Source: Calcarisporiella thermophila CBS 279.70 (Eukaryota; Fungi; Calcarisporiellomycota). Taken from it: 48,446 nt of DNA. Where the stretch lies: contig NW_027192213.1 in assembly GCF_041956535.1 (NCBI RefSeq), positions 1-48,446 of the forward strand. Direction: 5' to 3'. The notes beneath the pieces are model-generated. The model was not told the origin of the DNA and made no database searches. It saw nothing but the letters and a program-made list of their open reading frames with translations. Position 1 is the stretch's first letter. The number at the start of each line of letters is the position of its first letter. The position numbers and the translations under genes were made by a program. Shown piece after piece: positions 23,775 to 35,653 of the stretch.

Positions 23775-26700
23775 TTAATTACTCTCGTCAGCAACCTCTG
23801 ACGAAGTAAGTCGTACATCAACCGGCGTAGTTTGCTTAGTCCACATCTTTGCATATTTTCCGTCCGGGATCTTGATAAGCTCAAGATGTGTGCCTTGTTC
23901 CGCGATAGCTCCATCATGAATAACAATAATATTGTCTGCGTGCATGATGGTCGACAAACGATGTGCAACAATTATACAAGTACGATCTTTGCACACACTA
24001 TAGAGCGCTTCCTGGAGATTCCGTTCAGTGACTGAATCCAATCCAGATGTTGCTTCATCTAGCAACATTATATCTGGATTTTTCATGACAACACGTGCAA
24101 CAGTAATTCTTTGCATTTCTCCGTGGGATAGCGTAGACCGAAATTTATCAAATTTAGTCTGGAAGCCTATAAAAGAAAATAATATTTCTAGCTCTAGTTT
24201 CTGAAGCAATTAATGATAATTTGACAATAATATAATTTACCTCTTGGCAGCTTAGAGATAATTTTTGTGGCCTGAGCAATTTGAGCTGCCTGCTCTATAT
24301 CGGTCATATTTATGTTTAATTCGTCGGAGGTGCCATCATGCATATGAGCCCGTCCATACCCAATATTAGCAGCTAAGGTTCCAGTAATAATATCAAAGTC
24401 CTAAAAATGCATTGTCAAATATATGAATATTTGACAAAAACTGATGCAATATTATGCTTAAAAAGCAGCAATATTCACCTGGGTAACCATGCCAATACGA
24501 CTCCTGAGGTCATGTAGGCGCATTTGACGAATATCTTTGCCATCGATTAAAATCCGGCCTTCAGTGGGATCGAAATATCGCATCAGCAAGCGGAGTATTG
24601 TACTCTTACCCCCGCCAGTTTCACCCACAATAGCAAGAGTCTTTCCAAGAGGCACAGAAAATGATAAATTCTTTAGTACTTGGGATCGCGTAGGATAACC
24701 AAATGACACATTTTCTAGGTTAGCAATGAGAAATGGTTAAAAAGCAGGTAAAAATCAGAGATAGAGCGGTCATATTAATGTAGATTTACCGAATGTTATT
24801 CCTTCGCTAATTTTCTCGAGAGGTGAAGCATCTGGCGCGTCGCAAATGTCGAATTTCCAAGTTTGTAAAGTGTAAAAGTCCTCGAGCCGGCCTAGATACG
24901 AGCGGAATTGCTCAAATTGTTTGCTCAATTTAGCAAACGAATCCGAAACTTTAGATACCATTTGGCGGCCCATGACTAGATCACCAGGAGTGAGCTGTCC
25001 TTGTATCACTTTCATTCCGAAAGCATAGGTGGTCAAAATTTCTACCGCCATGGAAATTAAATCAAACCCATTCAGGACAATAAAAGTGAAAATGTCGCCT
25101 GGCTCTGAGCCTATTCCGTAATATTTTTGTGCATTTATCTCCAAACTACGACGATGATTCCCTAGCTCATACTTTTCTGATGCAAAATTTTTCACGCAAT
25201 TAAAATCATGAGCGATTGCCATGTTTTCTTTCTGCCACCTTCGGCGTAGAAAACTAGCATTCCAAAGACGCTTCTTGCACTGATCCTTTATGTTTACTTC
25301 GACAATTTTGAACAATGCAGCGAAGAGCACGAGAGAAGCATGGTAGCCATCGTATGACACAGCCAAGTAGGAAGTGGCCAAACCGACTTGAAACAATATT
25401 GAGCCGATAATTTCAACAAAAAAATTTAAGAGATTGCTGAAAGTTTCTTTCCTAATAAAATGCTGCGCATTCATAATAGCCCAATCCTTGGACTGGTAGA
25501 ACCGATGATCCGCCTCTTGGAGTCGCATAAAGATATTTAGCTCGGCAAGATTTTCCAAATACGATGTCACTTGACTTTCACAGTAGGTTTTGAAGTTTCT
25601 CAAAATATGTCGAGAAAAGAATTCGAGTCCTTTTGATTGTAGAATAGCTATGAAAAGCGACTGACCCTGATCCTCGACGATATTAAAAAATGCATCGGTA
25701 ATAACCTTATTTTGCCACTGTAGCCAGACCTCGAGCCAGGCATCAATTAACACGAATAAAATGTGGATATAAAAGTAGATCCGAATACGCCATTCTTTGC
25801 GAGGCCATGCAAAATCAACAGCATAGCATAGTCGAGAAATAATAACGCTGAATTGGGTGGGTGCACGGACACTTGAATCTAAATCATAGAAAAAATAATT
25901 GCACTCTCTCTCATCATCGTCAAAAGGATCCTTCAGGTAAAATTCGAATTCAGCCGATGAGAAGGGCTCTCGTGAAATGTTATCATCAGACTTTCCGCCA
26001 AATAGAGTCAACCATATCTTCCTCCCTTCCACGGCTATCCTCTGGATATATGTAAAAAAGGCGATGATAGCCATGGGAACTATAACTGCAATCACTCGAG
26101 CACTTGCATTGATGAATAGAAAGCCTCTTTGCTGTATCATCCCCGCTACTGAGCTGCTAGGGTAGTATGGTAACCATTGGAGGAACTCCATAAAGTTGGA
26201 AGCAACTAGCGATAACCACCACATCTCACGCTTAACATTAAACTGGTATGTTTCTATCTTATCGGTTTGGAAGCTGGCGAAATAGCTGATATAATGCGAC
26301 GTAAGTGATATTGCGTTGGTAATATATCCAAATGATATAATAACGAAAAATACTGCATCATGATGGCTAAGAATCTCTCTTTTCATTAAATCCCACCCAG
26401 TCGCTCCAATACAGAATACTGCGTGCCAAGAAAGGAGGAACATTATAGTGCGTGTAGCATTGACCAATTGTTGAAGCGTATACACCCAAGGCTTTAGGAG
26501 CAATATCTTTTTCTTAGTAGTTTTCTTTTTCTCGCTCTTAATATCTTTACCATTTGCGTCCTCAGCTAGATAGATTAGATAAGATTAGCGAAGTAATTAG
26601 ATGAATTAGTTCCCAGTTGACTTACCAATCTTTTCTGTTGATACAGTCTCTATTGTGTCCGTATTATTGAGAACTGGTGAATGTATGAACAAAAGTACAG

Positions 26701-26890
26701 GAAGAATAACCAAAGATATTATTGCGCGCAAAAACACTATTTTTGAGGAGCTAGGTTGTGCTATAGTGGTACAAAAAGTCATGCACAAGATGAGCGTGAT
26801 CCGGGATAGTACTTGGCGCTCAAGTTTTTGAGGCGGTGACGTTGCGGATGTAAAAACCGAGAGTAAAAAATTTGGGCAGAATCTTTTCAT
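23775..26890 (-). CDS. ABC half transporter (HMT1/ABCB6-like, extended N-terminal membrane region), divergent
   Basis: Walker A GETGGGKSTILRLL; Walker B MLLDEATSGLD; IVAHRLST; signature reads LSHGEMQR; long upstream hydrophobic exon 24770-26503. Confidence 0.85.
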
Positions 26891-29285
26891 TTTTTCAACA
26901 AGGAATCCTTGTGACAAGTGGAATCAAATATGGAATTACGGTGATCAAGAATTCTTCTCAATTGCAACAGATAAGTTCAGCAGATATTCACGCGTTTGAT
27001 TAAATAGTTTTTCAATGTTAAATGTAAATGCCGACTGTTGAAACCCAGGCCAAGATGATATATAGAAAAGGTATCAAAAGGATTTCCTAGTAATAGCCTA
27101 TACTAACATCGAATCAGTCGTGTATTAAAATGAGAAAAAAAAAGTCAGCTAATATTAGTTAAAAGCATATAAAATATTTACCAATATTGGGGTGTATACT
27201 GTCGTAAAAACGATCTCGGTTTTAATAATCTAAGTACATAGCAAACTAATTCTCCAGTTGCAATGAAAAATGGAGAGAGTAGAAAAATTTGACTCAGACA
27301 GGTGAACAAAATATAGAAAGATAGAAAGGGAAGTGAATAAGAATTTTTCTCTCAAACAGAAAGAAATAGTAAAAACCCAGACTTTTATATTAGAAAAACA
27401 GATTGTTAATAGAGAACCCTTAATGGTGTGGCTTGTAAAACTTTAAGTAGTAACTGTTCTCAGGTATTGCGGACTATGAATCATCGTTGGTTGGTCCGAA
27501 CAAATAAGACTGAATTTGGAAATATTTTAAATAAAACATCGCTGGCAAAACTCTTCTTTGACACCTGTGGCTATCGGCTTTTCAATTATTCTAAGCCTTC
27601 TGTATGATGAACACAAATGGAGTCATGCGCGACATATTATATTATTGTGAAGATATAATGTCAGATATGCAATGTGAACAACCAGCAAATCAAAGCTCTT
27701 TGAAGTATTCTACAACCGGATATAAAAGCATCAAATACTATGCGCTCCCAGAACACACACATTTATTCTGTTCTACACTTGTAAGCTATCCCATCCCAAT
27801 TATCTAAACACTATCATGCTATCATTCCATCAGGTTACACATAGTTCAGATGATGGGGCCACATGCTGTTCTAAGTATAATTGAATTTCACCAACCAGTT
27901 GCCACCACCTGATATATCAAACACGTAGCAGTAATGAATTATTCGGCGCCAAATACGCCGCTCTAAATACTGCTTAAGACTACGAATAACATCAAGAGCT
28001 GAAGTTGAAGCACCAGCTAAGCTCATGACACATAATATACTTCGAACAACTTAAATCTACTTAAATTTATTCGGCAAATACTTACAGTATATACCTCTTT
28101 TTAGCTCTTGGAGTAAAATTTCTACAGAGAAAATATGGTGCCGATGACCTCATAGACTTACAGTATATTTAATATCAAAAAGCATATATATTTAAATTCA
28201 TTGTATCCAAATGAACTTGTATATAAACGCATGAAATTTAACGGTAGAATTTGTCAATTTTACAAAGAAAAACATCCATTGCCAATCGTAATACTGTTAA
28301 TTGTTATTTTGTAGATGTTTTCTAGAATTTAAAAGTTACAGGATTATCTCACATTTCTGGACTCCCGTTTATATTTCTGACATAATGATTCCAATAGTTT
28401 GAATATTCACATTGGAAACTATATCATTCACACGAGCCCGTAGCTCAAATTAGAGCTTAAATCAGGTTAATTCATCATGAAATGACGGCTAAACAAATCT
28501 CGAAATACAACTGCGGGTTGATATGGCAAATCCAACGTAGCCATTAAAGGTAAAAATATATATTGCAATATTGAATATCCAAATTAAGGATATATATTAA
28601 TAGCGAAAAAGCTTTATATGCTTTTCTTCTGAAAACTTCTTTAAGTGCTCTCTGTGCTCTCAAGCCAAATTAAAACTCAATTGATTCTTTTACGGTGGAG
28701 AATTGTCAGTACGAATAGAGTTTTAAATTGGCAGTTTTATTTTTGCCAGTTGCATTATTCATTTATTGAGAAAGTGCGAAGCATACTATCAGATGCGCAA
28801 CCCCATTATATCAAGATATCAGAATTCGTTCAACAGATGCAGAATTAACACTCCATAAGATAGTTGGCGTATCAGACTGTTTACAGATTTGAAATTTTGA
28901 AAATAGTATATTCACTAAACAAAGTTATTGTATATACAGTATTATTGCTCCTTAAGAACACCCTTTTGTTCTATGTGCTGTAATTCCCCCCCCCCAAAAA
29001 AAAATTATGAATCACATAGATATAGGCTAAAGCGCGCTGTTTTCGTTATGAAATTCGCTAAGCAGATGAAATTAAGGACATTACATGTGAGCACAAAATA
29101 GTTAAATAATATTTCTTAGGACGAGATTTTATTATTCCACAGAGCTAGGTGAAGCTTTGTTGCATAATATGATTTCTATGTTAAACTTCAATCATACAAT
29201 ATTCCAATATGAATTTAAAGAGAACTAAGGATTGTTTATTTGAAATTTGATTTTCCTATTTTCTATTACTACTAGTGAGACGGGT

Positions 29286-30722
29286 TTAAATTAGCGCCGT
29301 AATAAGACCAGTAACGGCCACACCGAATGAAGAAATGGCGGAAAATCTTCCAGCACTTGACACTGAATGTTGACTCTGAGCGGCAGCTGCAGCAGATTTG
29401 CTTTGGCTACTTGATCCAGCAGGTAATGAAGTCGATGGGGAGGTGGCAGAGGACTGGTTAGTGTATTGTAAGAAATTTGGGAAGGTGTAGTTCTTCTCTA
29501 CATAAGGCTGAGTGATGTTCATACACGCCGTCAGAGGAGTAACATATTTATATGCTTGCTTGAGTTGAGGATAATATTTGATGGCCAAGGCAATGGTTGC
29601 AGCATTGATTTCATGTTCCAAAACCATAGCACCACTCTGGGAGAAAGTGCCATTCTTTCCTTTCTGAATAATGTTGTTAAAGTTCTGTTCGATTGTAGGT
29701 ACCGGTTCTGCACCGAAAGGCTTAACATTCCAGTCATCAGTGTCGAGATTCCAGAGAACAGCAGTTAAATTCAGATGATTTGCAATGGCACGAACACGAT
29801 CATCAATATCTCCGTAAGGCTATAATATTTTACACTATGAGAACAACTATCTGCCATTTCCGATATATGATTTATACACTTACAGGACGCCAGTAAAGAG
29901 GAGTAACGCCAGTCACCATTTTAATAACTTTAACTGTATAGTAGAGCTCTGCAAGCACCTCTTGGTTGCTCAAAGTGGTCATCGCCTGATGAGACCAAGT
30001 GTGTACAGCGATTTGGTGGCCATCAGCATGACCCCGTTGGGCCTGCAAAGGCCAGTTTGCAACATTGCTACCAATATAGAAAAGTGTTGCCTTTTGATTA
30101 TTCTGCTTAAGGAAATCATAAAGACCGACATCAGTACAATTGGGGCCATCCTGCAGTGATAGAGGAAAAGTTAATTAATCGCATATTGGAAAAACTATTA
30201 AGGATATCGAACTCACATCGTAAGTCAATGCCAAAGTTTCTATCATAAAAAATAATCATAGATGTTAATACTCTATTTCAATGAACCGCTTCGAGGAATG
30301 ATCTAAATACCTGGTTCAGGGCAAGCAATGATGTCTTGTGCCAAACCAGCGTGTTTGGGTTTTGTACATGTAGAATACGTCCACCAACAATCTGGATCTT
30401 CTGCAGAGTAACCGGTTGTTGCAATATTACCTTGAGCGTCTTTCTGTCTCACTGGCGAATTGGGTATTTTAGACCAATCAATGGAGTTATATAGTTGTTG
30501 GAATTCGGCCGAAGTGTTCGTGCCCGTGGTAGCTACTTTCCAATTCTCAGGGAAATTGGGAGGTTGGAAGTTGAAGGAAGAGCTATATGGAGTGCACTGT
30601 TGTTTTTGCAATTCTGGAGTTTCATAGGGCGGTAGACCGTCCGCATCTTGGGCTTGGGGCGAATTTTGCCCAAAGGTCAAGGTGAAAACAGACAGGAGAA
30701 CAATACCAACTTTCCAAGACAT
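29286..30722 (-). CDS. GPI-anchored chitin deacetylase (CE4)
   Basis: Signal peptide; DPDCWWT; CE4 motifs LTYDDGP, HTWSH, RPPYGD, DTDDW, VLEHE; Ser/Thr-rich linker and hydrophobic C-terminus. Confidence 0.93.
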
Positions 30723-31901
30723 CGTTATCGAGCGCACCGAAAAAATATTTATCCACGTACCAACGTTGATTTTTACTTCAAAAAAAAACAGCTCTCAACC
30801 CCTGAAAACTTTTTAACCTGGATTAGAGATGAATATTTGTAAATGGAGTGAAGAGAAAAAACTATAAGGTAAAAGGTTGAATAGAGAAAGTGTGAAAAAG
30901 AAAAACTCAAGCAAGCTCAAGTTTTAAAATAACCCTCGCTGATTTTATTTTTAGCAAAGCCATTTTTTTATTCGCTAATTGCCAAGTAAAAGAATATACT
31001 TTAAGTGGATGCCAAGCCTTCCAAATAGGTCGATATATAGCAACCAGAAATTGGGTCCCAATCACTATCCTCAAAAAAATTAACTCAGAGAGGGGCCTTC
31101 ATTCCAATATAAGCACACACCACTTAAAATGACACTATTAGTTTAACCGTAATTTTGCGAACTCAGCACTGACGAAGCCTTCATTACTATATTATCTACT
31201 TGTAATCCCTTTTTTCCACCTTTTTGCTCTGTCCTACTCTCTTCAATGTGACTTTTATTAGTTTTGGTGAAAGGGAAATCTTGAAGGAGTCTTAAGTTGT
31301 CTAAGTTTATCAGACTTACACTTGTCAACCTCAGGTCCCCACTCTATAACTTTTGGAGTTTCATTTAGATACTTTAGCCATAAATAATTCGCCTCCTTGT
31401 TGGTTTCGGCTCATTATTTACCCAAAAAGATAATCTGTGAACAGCTAAAAACTTCACGCTATCTAGTATTCTTATGGTTAGGCACCGTTAATATTCAGCT
31501 GAAATTTCACGCCTTCTAATAAAATACAAAACTTTCCTCTCTATGTGTTATACGATAATTTGATGTTCAAACTTTTTTCAAGGTAATGTTTAGGTTCCAA
31601 TATGAGAAAAGTAGTAAATATACTACCATCGCTACGAGAAAGAAGTTTGGATAGTCCAAAGTAAAATTTAAAAATTGAATTTCGGATATAAGATAATCTT
31701 TGTATTACCGAGCTATATTTAAACGACGATATCTGGAAAGCATCGATCTCAATGCAAGTATACCATATACCAGAAAAAACCAAGTGATATTATCAAGTCC
31801 GAGAAAAATGTAATTTGAATGATCATAATTTACCATAAACTTAAATAACCCTTGATAGGCAATTAGAGTTAGAGATATAGATCAACGAAAAAAATGAAAA
31901 T

Positions 31902-31974
31902 CGAGCGTACCAGGGGTCGAACCTGGAATCTCCTGATTCGTAGTCAGGCGCCTTATCCATTTGGCCATACACCC
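31902..31974 (-). tRNA. tRNA-Arg(ACG)
   Basis: Exact reverse complement of 32833-32905; T-run terminator on the minus strand. Confidence 0.97.
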
Positions 31975-32053
31975 GCTCGCGAAAAGTTGGTCGAATTAAT
32001 ATAGATAGTCAGAAATTTTCTGACCATATTTATTGGTCTACCTCGGGCCGCAT

Positions 32054-32447
32054 TTACACGCTCTACGAGGATTCGCCAGCGTAGTGTGCGGTGTCTTGGG
32101 AGTGTTGGCCGTTTTTGAATGGAGGTCCAGACCTTTTCCCATTCCTTTGCCGTGGATGCAACCTCTGGCCAGGATTGGGGCGTCAGCGTTTCTGGTTCCG
32201 GAGAGTCATTTCGCTGTAAGTGCTTTCCCCGTCGAGTGGAGTATTCCAGGACGGGCGCGCCAGCCAAGTGACAGAGGTGGAGTGGGAAACGAGGAGGTGG
32301 ATGTTGTCGGGGTATGGCAGAACATTTCGTGATTTTCTCTAATAGGTTGGGTGGCAGGATAAGGTATCCGTGTTCCCATGATAAGGAAAAATGGTTATAG
32401 CGGCGTTCGCATGCTTTTTTTCGCCTTTCCGCGGGTTGCGCAGAAGG
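32054..32447 (-). mobile_element. L1/Tx1-type LINE ORF2 fragment (zf-RVT region), truncated at both ends
   Basis: One open frame across the fragment. FPLHLCHLAGAPVLEYSTRRGK...WEKVWTSIQKRPTLPRHRTLRWRIL aligns with FPLGKCVLAGTKVKNFRTKIGR...WEVAWMYWKKRPSEPKHRTLRWRLL of the 15.5-kb LINE. Confidence 0.85.
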
Positions 32448-32462
32448 ATGCGGCCCGAGGTA

Positions 32463-32751
32463 TTTTTTTTTTTTTGATCAATCAATGGAAACTTTTATTT
32501 AATTTCCATATATTACATGAAGTTAATGTCAATGGACTTAACGAGATATAGGTCCTTGATCGATAGACTTTCAATCGATATGCGTGTATCGTAGTTGTCG
32601 TGAATAGCATGTACGTGAAACCGATGTAATCTTTTGTACTTATCGTAAGGGCGGTCTTTTCAATAATCAAGACTCAGCTTCTGATCAAGTGGATAGCAGT
32701 CACAAACTAAGAGTAAGTGCTGGTGGGGGAAATGGGATTCGAACCCACGCC
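32463..32751 (-). mobile_element. tRNA-derived SINE, subfamily B, 5'-truncated within the head
   Basis: Starts GGCGTGGGTTCGAATCCCATTTCCCCCACCAGCACT (B box and CCA kept, A box lost). Ends AATAAAAGTTTCCATTGATTGATC-A13, identical to subfamily A. 17-bp TSD GGATGCGGCCCGAGGTA at 32446-32462 and 32752-32768. Confidence 0.93.
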
Positions 32752-32832
32752 GGATGCGGCCCGAGGTAGACCAAAAAATATGGTCAGAAAATTTCTGACT
32801 ATCTATGTTAATTCGACCAACTTTTCGCGAGC

Positions 32833-32905
32833 GGGTGTATGGCCAAATGGATAAGGCGCCTGACTACGAATCAGGAGATTCCAGGTTCGACCCCTGGTAC
32901 GCTCG
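32833..32905 (+). tRNA. tRNA-Arg(ACG)
   Basis: GGGTGTA/TACGCTC acceptor; CCTGA-CTACGAA-TCAGG anticodon arm; CCAGG-TTCGACC-CCTGG T arm; TTTTT terminator. Confidence 0.97.
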
Positions 32906-33069
32906 TTTTTGTATTTTATATCGGAATTCAAAGAGAATTAACAAATTACGGCATATTTTTTCCCCGTGGCCGACGAGATTATTCACATGCACTCTAATGT
33001 ATAAATTGAAAGTTGATTCGAAAATGTTCCTGAATTTTTTGACACCTTGACTCCAATCTAAACTTGGTC

Positions 33070-35268
33070 ATGACCGTTGCTAATAGTGCAAAATTTCCTA
33101 ATATCCCTTGTGCTGAACCACAGAGCCAGGATTCACTTCGTGCTGAGCGTGCTCGCGCTACCTTTGATCCCTCCAGCCTAACTCGAATCTTTTACGATGA
33201 AGATGTCATCAACAGTATAAATCGCATTCTGCCTGTACTCGAACGCGAGCCTGTTTTTAATAAAGATGACTACCATCATAAGGGGCGCGAAGAATTCATT
33301 GCTAGCTGCTACCGCCAAGAGCATCGGCTTATTCAGTTGGCAAAGTAATGGTCATCTTTCTGTTTTGATTTCTAATTACACTTTTTTCTAACCAAATGTT
33401 AACATTCAAGGCAACATAAATGGACCCACGAAGAGATGCGAATTTGCGAAATGATTCTAGACTTGAGTGGCCCATTCATGGTTCATCGGAGCATGTTCAT
33501 TCCCACGTTGCAGAACATGACAACGCCCGAACAAATGGAGGCCTTCTTAGGTCCTGCCCTGCGCTATGAAATCATCGGATGCTATAGTCAAACCGAACTC
33601 GGCCATGGAAGTAACGTACAAGGGCTTGAGACTACGGCAACCTATATTCCCGAGACGCGTGAGTTTGAGCTGCACTCCCCAACCCTCACCTCATCTAAAT
33701 GGTGGTCTGGCGGTCTCGGCAAGTCGGCCACTCATTCAGTGGTAATGGCTCGCCTTATCACTAATGGCAAAGACTATGGACCGCACCCGTTTGTTGTACC
33801 GATACGCTCTCTCGAAAACCACCGGCCCTTCCCAGGGGTCACTGTTGGGGACATTGGTCCGAAACTGGGTTTGAATGGGGTTAGTACAAGCGTATGAATC
33901 TCCCTGATGTTGCATTCGCTCAAACTCTTTCGTTTGTTGGAAAATTAGGTCGATAATGGCTATGTCATGTTCCACCACTACCGAATCCCCCATTTTAATA
34001 TGCTTGCTCGCTTTGCTCAGGTTAATCCGGAGACCGGCGAATACAAACCCTCCAAAAACGCTAAAATTTCGTACGGCACTATGGTCCATGTCCGTACAAC
34101 CATTATCGTGTTCTCTCGCTATGCCCTTGCCCGCGCAGCCACCATTGCCGTACGCTACTCCGCGTCCCGGCGTCAATTCGTGGATTCATCTGCCCCTGCA
34201 CAAAAACTGCCTAACGGGAATTTGGTTGAAACCGCGGTGCTAGACTACACCATGCAACAATACCGGTTGTTCCCGGTCATCGCGCAAGCGTATGCATTCA
34301 GTTTCACGGCTAAAGTCATCGCAAAACTCTACAAACAAAATCTCGAGAATTCCAAAAACCTCGACTTCTCGCTGCTTCCAGAACTCCATGCCACCACGAG
34401 CGGCCTCAAGTCTTACTGCACCATTCTTTCGGCCAATGCGATCGAGGAATGCCGCCGATCTCTGGGTGGACACGGGTTCTCCGCCTATTCGGGCTTGGCT
34501 CACGCCTACGTCAATTACATCCCCAATGTAACCTGGGAGGGTGATAACTACATGATCAGCCAACAGGACTCCCGATATATCCTTAAGATGCTCACCACTC
34601 TAGTCAAGGGACAGGAGCCCAAGGTACAGAATCCCACCGTAGACTATCTTAAACAGTACCTCGCGGATCCAAAGGCCAAATGCCCTGCGCAGAACGCGGC
34701 CGACTTCTCTAACTACGAGCTAGTACTCCGTGCCTTTGCCTATCGCGCGGGCCATCTTGCTGCCGAAACGGGTCAGAAGTTGGCCTCTGGTGAATCCTGG
34801 AATTCGCTGACCCCCGACATCCATCGCATTTCACGCGCCCACTGTCAGTACATCATTGTGCGATACTTCTACGAGGGAGTCAGTGAACTTCCCGCAGGCC
34901 CGTCACGTGATGTGTTGTTCACCCTCTTGGATCTGTACGCGATTAAGGAGATGACCGATGACATGGCCGATTTCATGTCCTGTGGCCATCTAACTCCGGA
35001 ACAGTCTCGCCTTGCTCGCCAGCATTTGATGGACGTACTGAAGAAAATACGCCCGAACGCCGTTGCTCTCGTGGACTCTTTCGGCCTACCCGATTACTTC
35101 CTGAACTCGGCTCTCGGCCGCCGCGACGGACGAGTGTATGAGACTCTCACGAAGATGGTGGAGGGCGAGCCGCTCAACTCGGTTGACGTCGTGCCCTCTT
35201 ACGAGGAGTCGATTCGCCCGTTGGTCCACGCGGGACTGCACACTAAGTCAGTGGAATCCAAACTGTAG
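33070..35268 (+). CDS. POX1: Peroxisomal acyl-CoA oxidase
   Basis: [23 protein letters not shown]; KWWSGGLG; GDIGPK; CRRSLGGHG; TWEGDN; C-terminal SKL (PTS1). Introns 33345-33410 and 33880-33948. Confidence 0.96.
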
Positions 35269-35653
35269 CCGCATCGACACTGTAAATTTGGAAACTATAC
35301 AGTATCTTTTTGATAATTAGAATGATGTCTTTCACCGATCTTCAACTGACTGCTCTATGAAGTCTGTTGGATTAATTTATACACGGATTTTTCTTGGAAT
35401 TTTGTCCTAGACTTATACTACCAACTGCTAAGAGGCATTTATTGTTGTTATATATTTAAATATCGTGAGGATAAACACGTTTATATATGTATTAAAACAA
35501 AGAATTTGAGCTTGAATATCGTCCGGTAAAAACAGTTCAAAATGCAAATCGGGAATAGAACCAGAAATATAGTATTCAGAACAGACAAGAATGGTATATA
35601 GAAAGTTTAACGGAAAAACGGGGGGATATCGTTCGGTCTACGCTAACTCGTGC

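Larger units (their letters stand above)
31902..32905. repeat. Inverted repeat: tRNA-Arg plus 79 bp of 5' flank (31902-32053 vs 32754-32905)
   Basis: The 152-bp arms differ at 2 positions, both in the flank. Similarity stops at the tRNA 3' end and at -79. Confidence 0.95.

Noticed and set aside
32008-32024. 17-bp palindrome GTCAGAAA-T-TTTCTGAC in the tRNA-Arg flank as the targeting signal
   Set aside because: Absent from both tRNA-Tyr flanks, which were targeted at the same distance.
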